Assembly (NCBI GenBank): GCA_013416795.1
Contig: RQSC01000520.1
Span: 11,280-75,279, forward strand
Direction of reading: 5' to 3'
Length of the DNA: 64,000 nucleotides
From: Prasinococcaceae sp. CCMP 1430
Taxonomy: Eukaryota > Plantae > Prasinodermophyta
Part shown: positions 10,877 through 21,275 of the stretch, piece after piece
How the letters are laid out: the number at the start of each line of letters is the position of its first letter
How positions within the stretch are numbered: the first letter of the stretch is position 1
The notes under the pieces: generated by a model
The model's input: only the letters and a program-made list of their open reading frames with translations
Databases searched by the model: none
Told to the model about the DNA's origin: nothing
Program-made: the position numbers and the translations under genes

Positions 10877-12344
10877 GTCCCCCCCCGCGGCCGCGGCGCC
10901 GCCGGACGACGTGCCCAAGGAGTGGATGAGGGAGGCGCGGGAGCTGCGGCTGTCGCAGCAGCTCTCGCGGCTGCGCAGCTCGCTCGGCGGCGGCGCGGGC
11001 ACGTTCAGCGGAGCCGGCGGGGGGGCGCTGGGGGGCGACAGGATGCTCGCGACGAGCATCCCGCCGCCCTCGCGACGCGAGGGCGTGGAGTCCGTGCGGC
11101 TGACCCTCACGGCGCCCGAGGCGCGCCTCATCATGCGGCGGCGGCGGTGCGCGCTGCCCGGCGTGGAGGGCGCGCGCTGGCGGCTCGGGTACAACCTCCA
11201 GGCGCTGGGCACGGGCGCGGTGGGGCTGCTGGTGCTCGCTGCGCAGTGTCACGTGCTCGGCAAGCTGCGGATGCACCGGCGACGCGGCGCGCAGGCGCTC
11301 GCTGTCCTGCCGCTGCTGCCCGTGCCCGACGACATGCGCTTCCCGCTGTGCAGCGCGGTCGAGTACTTCACGCCGCCGATGGTGCTGCTCACGCTGAGCC
11401 TGCCGCTGCGCCCGCTGCTGAGCGACCTCGCTGCGAGGATGGTCCCAGGCATGGCCAAGCGCGCGGCGAGCGACTACGTCGAGGAGCGCGCGGGATACGT
11501 CCAGAAGCACGTCGCCTTGAGGCGCGCAGAGATGGAGCGCGCCGCTGAGGAGGCCGCCGCGGCGCTCGGCGCGCAGCTGCCGCGCGCCGAGGAGGTCTTC
11601 GCGCGACTCGAGCAGATGCGCGGCAGTATGAGCGCAGACGCCGAGGAGTTCCACCGCTCGGTGGTCGCCGCCGCCGAGAGGGCGCGCGAGTCGATGCAAG
11701 CGGCCGCAGACGATCTCGCCGCGCGCGCAGACGCGTTTTTCTCGGCAGGGCGCGGCGACGGCGGCGGCGGCAGCGACGACGACCGCTTCTCCGACGCAGA
11801 GGTTCTGAGCGGCCCGCCCACGCCCGACTCGCCCGGGCGTGCGCCGAGCGCGCCGCGCCACAGGCGCGAAGCGTCTTTCACACCCACGCGCGGCCTCGCC
11901 GAGCTCCTGGATGGGTACAACTCGGAGGAAGAGGGGCTCGCCCTGGGTGACACGCACGCGCACGTGGGCACGAGCGATGGCGAGGAGGGCGCGCGCGCGG
12001 AGCGCGAGTACTTCGAGGCACGCGCGCACGCGCACGCTCAAGAGCAAGAGCATGCGCACGACGAGCAAGAGAGGGGGCCGGAAACGTTCGAGGACGCGCC
12101 CCTGTTCCTGTCGCCGCTCAAGCGGACTGAGGGCAGCGCGCAGACGTCGCGGCACGGCGTTGGCGGGGACGCTAACGGCGGCATTGCACGGCACGGCGAG
12201 GGTGAGGGCGGGAGCGAGGGCGAGGACACCGACGGGTTTGATACGGGGCGGACGGATCTAGAGACTCCAGACGTTCTGACGCCGTTGTCCATGTCGCCGC
12301 CGTCCGTGTCGCGCAGAGACCGAGCTTTCTCCGTCGGACTCTGA
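10875..12344 (+). CDS. Hypothetical protein (hydrophobic segment, coiled coil, acidic low-complexity tail); start uncertain (10875, 10926 or 11043)
   Basis: Long open frame with GC3-rich coding-like codons from about 10875. No family recognised. Confidence 0.55.
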   Translation: MSPPAAAAPPDDVPKEWMREARELRLSQQLSRLRSSLGGGAGTFSGAGGGALGGDRMLATSIPPPSRREGVESVRLTLTAPEARLIMRRRRCALPGVEGARWRLGYNLQALGTGAVGLLVLAAQCHVLGKLRMHRRRGAQALAVLPLLPVPDDMRFPLCSAVEYFTPPMVLLTLSLPLRPLLSDLAARMVPGMAKRAASDYVEERAGYVQKHVALRRAEMERAAEEAAAALGAQLPRAEEVFARLEQMRGSMSADAEEFHRSVVAAAERARESMQAAADDLAARADAFFSAGRGDGGGGSDDDRFSDAEVLSGPPTPDSPGRAPSAPRHRREASFTPTRGLAELLDGYNSEEEGLALGDTHAHVGTSDGEEGARAEREYFEARAHAHAQEQEHAHDEQERGPETFEDAPLFLSPLKRTEGSAQTSRHGVGGDANGGIARHGEGEGGSEGEDTDGFDTGRTDLETPDVLTPLSMSPPSVSRRDRAFSVGL

Positions 12345-12560
12345 GGATTCGACGTGCCCCGAGCGGAGGGCTACGAGCGTAGCGGCCCGCGCAGTCACGC
12401 ACATGGCGTGGCGAGAGAGTCCTGCGCGCGCACGCGCACGCATGGCCCAGCCGCACGCACACGGCCGGCACTGGCACCACCGAATAGACACCTAATAAAA
12501 TTACAGATGCGTGGGATCTTGACGGCACGTCTCGCGATGCGGTCGCTTGCTGCGACGTCC

Positions 12561-14235
12561 TCACAGGAGGTCGAGCACGGCATCCATCTCGCACGCATCG
12601 CCCAGCGCGCCGAGTGCCTCCTCGAAGTCCGCTCGACCGAGTCCGAACCGGAAATACTGCGAGTGCGCGGTCAGTGTCTGAAGGGCCAAGGGCAGCACCT
12701 CTCGCGTGGACGTCGCACTCGCTGTCATGCGCGCGCGCGCGCGTACCTCGGGCCGTCCGAAATCGAGCGCGGTGGCGGGCAGTAATAGCACGGACGCCTC
12801 TTCCACGATCGCGTCTGACAGCACCTCCGCGTCGGCACCGTCTCGTTTGAAGCGCGGCCTGCGCGGAGCGTGCGGGCGAGTGATTGGGTCGGGATGCACG
12901 CGCGAGGGCGTCAGGGGCGCCTTCCAGCGTTGCAAGCAGCCGCGCACATGCTCCGGGCCTACAGCCTCCTTGTGCGCGTGCGCGCACGTGCGCGCCCGCA
13001 CTGTGACGCACATGGCAAAGGTCGCCGCCGCGGGGCCACCCTTGGCCCAAGCGAAGATGTTCTCGCGTTCAGCAAAGAACTCGTCAGCAATGGCGACGTT
13101 CTGTGCAACGCGCGCCTTGACGCGCCCCTGCAGCTCGGGCGCGGCGCGCACGGCTGCGAGCGCGAGCACCTCGGACGGCCCCGGCGAGCAGATGGTGGTG
13201 AAATCGCGCAGCTCGCGCATGCGCGTCATGAGCTTTCTGTCACGCGTCGCAATCCAGCCCATTCTCAGGCCCGGCAGGCCGTAGGTCTTGGACAACCCCC
13301 CCAGGCAGAGCGACGAGCGCTCGACGTCGATGTCTGCGAACGAAGGCAGCGTGCCTCGGCCTCCGTGCTCGACGCCGCGGTACATCTCGTCGCTGAAGAC
13401 GGCCGCGCCCGCTCCATTCGCGACGGCCGCCACGCGCGCCTGCTCCTCGGGCGTGAGCATGCAGCCGGACGGGTTGTGCGGAAAGTTGATCACCACGATG
13501 CCCGTCTGCCCTGGCTCGACAAGCGCCTCCAGATCTTCCACGTCGAAGCGCAGCGACACGCCGTCGGCAGGATCCACGCGCGGCTCCCAGAAGCTCACAC
13601 GCAGGCCGAAAGTCGACTCCAAGATCTGGTAGAGCGACTGGTATGCCGGGCTGGTGCACACGACGTGCGTCTTGCCCTCGGCGAGGAGCCGCTCGCCGAG
13701 CGCGGTCATCGCCAGGTAGACGCCCTCCTCCGGCGCAATGACGAGCAGGTCCTCCGCGGCGACGTCAGTGTACTGCTCAGCGATGGCCTCGCGCAGCTCG
13801 GGCATCCCCTGCGACTCCGTGTATCCCAGCACCATCGAGTCGTACCGCGCGCGAGAGTCGGCGTCGGCGACGTCGAGCAGCTCCTGCAGCGTGAGTGGCT
13901 CGGGGTCCGAGCAGCACAGCAGGTACTCGGTGCAGAACTCGTACTGGCACGGCGATCGGCGCGGCGCGTCAGCGGCGACTTGCAGGCGCGGCGGCTGGGC
14001 TCGCACGAACGGTCGTCCTAGGCTGCGCACGCACCTTTGCGAACCACCTCTCGAGCCTGAACTGCGGCAGCGGCGCGACGCCGCCCGCCTGCCCGCTCGC
14101 CTGCTCGCCGCGCGCAGTGTGCCGTACGCCGGCATACACACCCACACCCTCCTCCCCTGCCGAGCCCGCGCCTGGCGGGGCCCCAGGCCCGCCTCGCGCG
14201 GCGTGCCCTAATGCTAATGCGCGTACAAACCCCAT
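12561..14235 (-). CDS. PLP-dependent aminotransferase class I/II (bacterial capreomycidine-synthase-like subfamily); exons ?..14035, 13943..13012, 12858..12747, 12656..12561
   Basis: FRLERWFAK|YEF..LLCCSD, LGYTESQGMPELR, INFPHNPSG, FSDEMY, PLP-lysine motif LSKTYGLPGLRMGW and YFRFGLGR. Start codon unresolved. Confidence 0.85.
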
Positions 14236-15081
14236 ATCAAACTCCATTACAAACACAAAGGACATTCATTATGACCTTCACCAGATCTTGGTCAATCCAA
14301 ATTAAATGTTTCTATCTTGGCCAGTGTGAATGCAGATGTCGATGAGTTTGAAATGCATGTGTGTGCGTGTGCCTTCAAATGTACGTATGGAATGTGCTGT
14401 ACGGCATTTTTGTGTGTGATTTTCGTGGTATCGCGGCGTTCGCGCCGGCGGCTGCGGCGGCTGCGCGCGGGCCTCGCCCTGTGCACGAGGAGAGGGTGGG
14501 TGGGGGGCGTGGGGTCGCCGCCTCCGCCACACGGTGGCGCTTGCGCGCGAGAGGGTTGGCCTCGCGCGCGCCTCGGCCACCATGTGGTCGCCCTTCCGCG
14601 CGGCGGGCGTGGTGTGCGACGGCCCGGCGGCGCCGTACGGGGGGTGAGTGAAGTTCGACGAGGTCTTCTGGAGGATGCCTGGCCGGTAGCGCGCGCGCGG
14701 CGGATCCCGCGGCGGGGCAGCAGCGCATGATGCGACAAGGAGCGGGGCGGGGTCGGCGCCGGCGCCGGCGTGTGTGCCACGCCCGCCCCCCCAGCCCCGA
14801 CGCGGCCTCGGGCGGCCTCGATCACCACCTTGAACCCTACTACATGTGCAAACCCAATATTCCGGGTCTTCGCTGCCTGACCCCCACCGGCCACCGCGCA
14901 CCGCACGCCGCGCGACACAGGGCGACGCAGACCAGGTGAACGGAGGTGGGATCCTTCTGTGGCGCCTCTCATCATGAGGGCTTCCTGGAAACTTATATGG
15001 GTTCATGGCGGCGGTGTGACCTGCGCGTACCTTGGCCTCGGCAGGGGCGAGGCGAGGCGTCTCTGAGAGGCGCGAGCGCTT

Positions 15082-16474
15082 CTACCTGCCGTCGGCCTTG
15101 CTCGCGACGATTTGCACGTCGGTCCCATTCACGACGCCGTCGCAGTTCACGTCGAAAATGCCTGCGCAGCCCGCGCCAGCTTGCGCCGACAAGAACACAG
15201 GTTCGTACCCCGCGGTCGTGCAACTCATGTGAGTGGCCTCCTGTCGAGGGGCGGTGATCTCTCCAGTGGAGGGGTAAAAAGCGCCCGTGGTCATGTACGG
15301 CTCGGTCGCGTGTGCGGCACCGGAGAGCACGAGCTCGATCACCTCCAGGAGCGCGCAGGCGGACGGCATCAAGGGGCACAAACAACGTCGGAGCTCCGTC
15401 AGTCAGTCGCACTTCAGCAAGCGGAGGAAAAATCAGCGTCTGCCGCGCTCGACGCGAGCAGCAGATCGCGCGCAGGGAGGGCACGGCGGTGCGCGTACCT
15501 CGTCGGAGCTCGGGGCGTACACACGCTGGAGCTCAAGGAGTGGGAGACCAAGCCCAGCGCGCAGTTCGCCGAGGAGAAGCCCTACGTAACCTGGCCAGAA
15601 ACCTGTCGGGGGCGATGCGGTGTAGTTGCCGTCGAGGCCCCAGTCGAAGGGGCCGAGCGCGGCGAGCTGTGCAACGCGGTGAGCAGCACGCGTCAGTCCT
15701 CGGCCGCCCGCGCGCTCCGACTGGCAGAGGCAGCGTCTGACGTGGGAGTGCCACACGAGCACCGACGCACGCGATGATGGGCCGCCGTTGGCGCTCGGCA
15801 CTACCTGCCAGGATCGCCCGCGCGCATAGCGCACATACCTTGAGCACGCCGCTCTGGAAGACGTCGCTGATGACATCGGTGGCAGGCACGTTGGCGGCGA
15901 CCGGGTACGGGAAGAGATCGGGCGCGGCGGCGCAGGTCGCCGCCGAGGCCACGTAGAAAGGCGAGCTAGCGTCAAGCAGCTCTGCGAAGCCGCCACTGGC
16001 GACCACGTTGGCGATCGCGGCGTTGACCGCGGCGGCCATGTGCACCGACGAGGTGTACGTCGCATTGGTGCCGTTCACGGCGTCGTCGCAGACGCGGCTG
16101 GGCATGAGCATCATGGCGCGAGGCGATATGGCCTCCGAGGAGAACACGACGAGGCCTTCCGAATCCTCGGGCGGGCCCGACAGCGATCCCGCCAGCAGGG
16201 TGCCCGAGCGCACGGCCTCCAGCAGGTCCGCCTGATCCTCGAAGATTGCTACGGTAGTCTTGCCCGGCACTTTTGCATCGCCCTCGGCGCGCGGGGGCAG
16301 CACGTGCGAGACGCTCGCGTAGTTCGCATCCGAGAGAAAGCCCACTAGGCCGCCCTCCGAGGCGATCGTTGAGTACAGATCTGCCGTGTTGGCGATGGGC
16401 GCCGCGAGCACCGACGAGGAGGGAGCCGCGAGCGCGAGCGCGAGCGCGAGCGTGGACGCGCGCAAAGCCACCAT
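15082..16474 (-). CDS. Secreted protein with periplasmic-binding-protein-II-like segments and a C-terminal dockerin-like loop; complement(join(15082..15342,15499..15666,15839..16474))
   Basis: Signal peptide MVALRASTLALALALAAPSS. PBP-like segments DLLEAVRSG, AVNAAIANVVASG, GVLKLAALGP..TGFWP. Tail DVNCDGVVNGTDVQIV. Canonical splice sites keep the frame. Confidence 0.65.
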
Positions 16475-17515
16475 CGCGGCTGCTGCGGAGGATGATCCGG
16501 ATCGAGGGCGCCGCCTCGCGCGGAGAAATGCCGCGGGTCGATCCCGCCAAAAATGTCACCGCGCCGGCGGCGGGGTTTGCGCAATCCGACAGCGCGCGGC
16601 AGCGGGAGGGCTCGCCGGGCCACCGACGACAGTGCGGAGGAGGAGGGCGCGTCGCGCGCGGATCGTGCCGATCGCGCGGTGTGTGGCGTGGCGGCCGCGC
16701 GCAGTGAGGACCGCCGGGCCACAGTGGTCGCGCGCGCTTTTGCGCGGCCGCGCGCCAGCCTGTCGGGCCGCCCGCACGCGCGCCCGTCCCACCCCACCCC
16801 CTCGCGTAAGACCCACTCATTGATTGTCCCACACGTCAGGCCCAGGCGCGCCTGGCCGCCGAACACGACGGTGCGAGAGGGTGCTTCATCACCACGGGGC
16901 CGAGAGAAGCGAGAGGCGCGCGACCTGTCCTCGCCAGGGCAGCAAGGTGGGGTGCGCGCGGCGGCGGCGCGGATAACGCTCTAGCTACCGAGGTAGAGCG
17001 AGGCGGGCGGCGCACGATGAAGCAACGCAGGAGTGCGCGGGACCTACTCTCTAGCTAGAGGGGTTCCTACCACACCATCGATACAGGTGGCAAGGCACGA
17101 GACGGAGCGCCGGCAGGGTCGCGCGATGCCACAGCTGTTGCTGCCACGCTTCCTCCTCCCGCGCGACACACCCTCTCAGTCTCTCTAGCTCTCTATCGCC
17201 GCGTTGGCGGTTACACATTCCGTGGGCAGGTAGGGTTCTGGCCACGCGGGTCGCTTGTTGCGTCTGTGTCACGGTCAGTGAGTTCATGCATCTCAGAGTT
17301 CGGTGCGAAATCCGATCGATTGCCGCGTCCGACCGCAGAAGGCTCCCCATTCTCATCAATCTCCCTAAAAGTCCGCTCCGCTGGTATCGCGCGCTCGCGC
17401 GCGGGCGGGGGGCGGCGCCCACGGCGACGAGGGACGACGACGGTGTGGTATGGTACACGCTTGGTTACACAGTGCACAACGTCGCGGGAGGAGCCGCGCT
17501 CCGCTGCCGGCGCGC

Positions 17516-18220
17516 TCATCGCCGCCGCGGCGCGGTGGCCAGGATGGCGGCGGCCATGGCCGCGGCGCCCACCGCGAGGCCCGCCGACGCCGCCGGCAGC
17601 GCGTACTCCCACAGCGCCGCGCGCTTCGACTCCGCGCGGAGCCTCTCGGTGCCGCGGCGCGTCTCCGTGCGCCACTTGGAGTGCATCTGCTCCTCCACTC
17701 GCAATCTCTGTCTGAGCCGCGCGGCCTCGGCGGCCAGCTTGGAGCGCTCCTCGGCGTACTCCGCCTCCGCCTCCTCCCGCGTCGCCGTGGCGGCCGCAAG
17801 CGCGCCTCGCCACACGCCGTCGCGCGCGGCCGCGGCGGCAGAGAGCCGCAGCTCCAGCTCCTCGGTGCGTGCCTCGGCCTCGCGCTGCAGCGAGCGCGCC
17901 TCCTCGGCTTCCGCGCGCGACCTCGCCGCAGCGTCGAGCGCCTTGCTCAGCTGCGCGAGCACCCGCTCGAGCGCCGACGACGCCTGCGCGGGACCCGCGC
18001 TCGCCGCGCTGCCGTAGCTGTTTGAGAACGATGACGAGAGCGACGCCTCGGAGAGCGTCTCGCACGCGTCTGTGTACGCGTCATCGCCACCGCACGACGA
18101 CGTCGCCTGTGATCTGTTGCCGCCACTGCCCGCGCCGGGGACGGGCGGCTGCGCGTGCCCAGCGAGCTGCTGCTTGTGCGACANGTCGTAGAGCGGCCGC
18201 GCGGCGTGGGTGCTCCTACC
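17516..18220 (-). CDS. Hypothetical coiled-coil protein with C-terminal tail anchor; 5' end unresolved
   Basis: Ser-rich region, long E/A/R heptad segment and hydrophobic C-terminus LPAASAGLAVGAAAMAAAILA followed by PRRR. One N at 18184. Confidence 0.5.
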   Translation of the reverse strand, partial: GRSTHAARPLYDXSHKQQLAGHAQPPVPGAGSGGNRSQATSSCGGDDAYTDACETLSEASLSSSFSNSYGSAASAGPAQASSALERVLAQLSKALDAAARSRAEAEEARSLQREAEARTEELELRLSAAAAARDGVWRGALAAATATREEAEAEYAEERSKLAAEAARLRQRLRVEEQMHSKWRTETRRGTERLRAESKRAALWEYALPAASAGLAVGAAAMAAAILATAPRRR

Positions 18221-19439
18221 TGGAAGAAGGCGGAGGGCGCGCTGTGTGGCGCTGCGCCGCCGCACACAGGCCAGCCGCACCCTCCGACCCCCCCTTTAAT
18301 GTGAGTTCCGTTTCGGTTGGGATTTGACCCGACACCTCATAACGAGCGCTGACGGCCCAACGGTCCCTTCGCTCCAATGGCGACAATAGGGTCCGCATGC
18401 AACCCACATTCAAATGCATTGTGATGTGGACTCGAATGGGCTCGCGGTTGGGGTTGCGTCGCGCATACCCGGGGGCCGGCGCGCGCACCCCGCCCGACGG
18501 AAAGGAAAAAAAAAAGCGGACGTCAGTCGTTCTTTCTGTACGTACGTACGTGAGGGGACGTCACATCAGATGAGAGCGCCGAAGTGGGCTGCCACCCCGT
18601 GCGAAGAGACCTCAAAACCCAAACTCAAAATATATGCAATGTGATATACATAAAGAACCCTGTTATTTGGATACCCTTATTATTCGACGCGGCGGTGGTA
18701 AAAAAAAAAAAAAAACGCCGGGAGCGCGCGCGCGCGCGGCGCCCCCGCCCCCCTTTTTTTTTTTTTTGCCACCCACCCGCCGCCGCGTTCCGCGGAACGC
18801 GTTTTCGCGCGCTCCCGCGCGACCTTTCATCTGTGTGTCGCGACGGATTCGGCGCTTCCAGCGCGGCGCGTTCCGCGTTTTTTTTTTGTTTCGCGCGCGC
18901 GCTCGCGCAACGCCAAACGCCCCGCCCCCCCCACCCCCGCTCCCCCCGTCGCCGGCCGACGCCGCAACCCGAACCGTTCGCGGGCGCGTCAATGACATCA
19001 AATGACACCCGATGGAGGGACCACCTATAAACCCTAAATAGATATACCGTAAGTGAAGGGAAAAGGGGAAGAAGAGGCGCGCGCGCGCGCGCGCGCGCGT
19101 CACACGGGCGCGGCCGCCTGCGTGGCGGGGGGGGGAGGGGGAGGGCGCGCGGGCGAGCGCGCGCGCGACGGCGACGACGACGGCGAGGCGCTCGCTGCTG
19201 CCCGCGTCCGCGCCGGCGCGACGCGCACCACCCCTCTTCCCCCTTCACCCTCCCCACGCGCGCCCGCGCCGGGGTGCCGCGCTACTACAAGTAGCGCGAG
19301 AGGCGCGCTCCGGCGCCAGCTTTGCTCGGCCGGAGCGTCCGCGAGCTCACGCGTGCCTGCTGCCGTCCACTTCCGCACACTGCGCGCGCACGCGCCACGC
19401 ACGCAAACCGCGCCGTCGGACGCGCGCGCGACTCGGTAG

Positions 19440-21058
19440 AGCATCGCCGCTCGCGCGGCCGCCGAGTTCCGCGCGCGCACGGCGGCGAGCAAGGCTCTGG
19501 CGGCCGCAGCTGGCGGGCCGGCCGCGGCGCAGGCCGTGCCGACACCGGTGTATTCCGCGGGCGGCGTCGGAGTCACGGGCGAGTTCGCGTGGGGGGGAGC
19601 ACACGCGATGCCCGCGATGCCCGCGGCCGCGCCCGTGCGCATGGTGCAGGTCGACGGCGGCGGCGCCGAGACGGCGGCCAACGCGCGCTCCCCGACGCGG
19701 GTGCGCTCGGCCACGCGGCCGCGCGCGCGCACGACGCTTGCGGCGGGCGGCAGAAAGGTGGCAGGCGCGAGGGCCACGAACGGTGCCAAGGCGAGGGGGT
19801 GCGTCAGGCGCGCGCATTGAGCGCCTGCTCGACCAGGCGTTCGCGCACGCGCGCCGCGCGAGCACGCCCCGCTCGTTCGCGCCCATGCTCCTCGCGCGCC
19901 TGCAGCTCCTCGCGCGCCTGCGCGAGCGCTGCTGACGAAGACGTGTGCGCCGGTGGGCTCTGGTCTGGACCCCTCACGCGCTCCTGCCCGCATGCGCCCT
20001 ACGCAAACAGGGCGCGCGCCGCGGGCTCGCGCCCCGCGGCCGGCGGAAAGGGCGGGAAGAGCGGCAGCAGGAGCGGCAGGAGCGGCACGACGAGCACGGG
20101 CGGCAAGAGGCGCTCGCACCAGCGCTGGTCAATGGAGGTGCGCCGCACCCGCGCGCCGCGCGCCCACATGCGCCAGCGTGCACTCGCGCTCCCTGTGCGC
20201 TGGCTCTGTGGTGCATGCGTGCGCTTGACCGGCGCGCGGACGCTCTGGCTGACTCGCGCTGTGTCGCCGCGCGATGTGATGCTTCTCGGCGCGCGTGCGT
20301 GGCGCCTGCAGGAAACTACTGCGCTGGTGGACGGCGTCGAACGCTTCGGGCTGGGCAAGTGGGCGGAGATCAAGAAGCACACCTTCGACGAGACGAGCGG
20401 GCGCACACCTGTGGACCTCAAAGACAAGTGGCGAAACCTCAGCAAGGCTTTGGCCAAAGCTGCGGGGTGCGTGCGCGTGCGCGTGCATTGCGCGCGTTGT
20501 TCTTGCGGGGGGCGACGATGCGGAGTGCCCCTGAGCGGTGCGCGCGAGGCTGACGCGCGCGTGGGTCCGCGCACCCCTCGCACGCTCGCACAATCGCTCG
20601 CTCGCTCGAGCAGGGATGCCGCAACGCAGCGCCTCGAGACAGAGTACTCGCCCGAGCTTATGCAGCGCGTACGGGACCTCATTCCTGGCAACGAGGGAGG
20701 CAGCCGGGCGCGCGCGAGGGGCGGCGCCAGCGGGAGCGGTGGTGCCGCCGCCGTTTCGCGCGCAGCGAACGGCGGCGCTGATGCGGCTGGCAGGCGCAAG
20801 CGGCAACGAAAGCCGGCCGCGGGAGCAGTGGCGACGGCCGCACCGAAAGCTGCGAGGGGATTGGCGGACGAAGATGCCCGGGGTGGCCCTGGCGGTGGCG
20901 CCGGCGGCACTGCAGGGAGTATGAATGAGGTCTTCGCGCAGCCGCTCCTCGCGCCGCACGCGGCGGACGTGCACACTGCCGAGCAGCTGCTCATGCCCAC
21001 TGCTGGTGTCAACGGGATGGTTGATCCGGCCATGAGCTTCATCCTGCCATCGATCTAG
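19440..21058 (+). CDS. TRF-like single-Myb (telobox) protein; exons ~19440..19799, 20011..20137, 20312..20466, 20614..21058; first exon unresolved
   Basis: After splicing it reads RRSHQRWSME|ETTALVDGVERFGLGKWAEIKK..RTPVDLKDKWRNL, the telobox Myb signature VDLKDKWRN. Confidence 0.82.
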
Positions 21059-21275
21059 AGGAGGGCACACAATGCAGGTACAGCGCACGTGCGCGGCTCA
21101 TGTAAGAGTCGCCATGCGTCCTGTGCGCCAGGCGTGTGCATCCGAGCTGTGCTTTGCGTTGGAAGGCCTTGGGAGCAAGGCCCGGTAGTTTACAGTGCGT
21201 TGGCTTGGATGTCAGACAGCGCCGCAGGGCGTGCGCGGGAGAGCGTCGCCGAGGCGATGAGACCCACCCGGCGCG

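Noticed and set aside
14292-15006. Several ORFs on both strands
   Set aside because: Arg/Pro/Ala-rich GC-driven frames without family motifs; probably UTR or intergenic.
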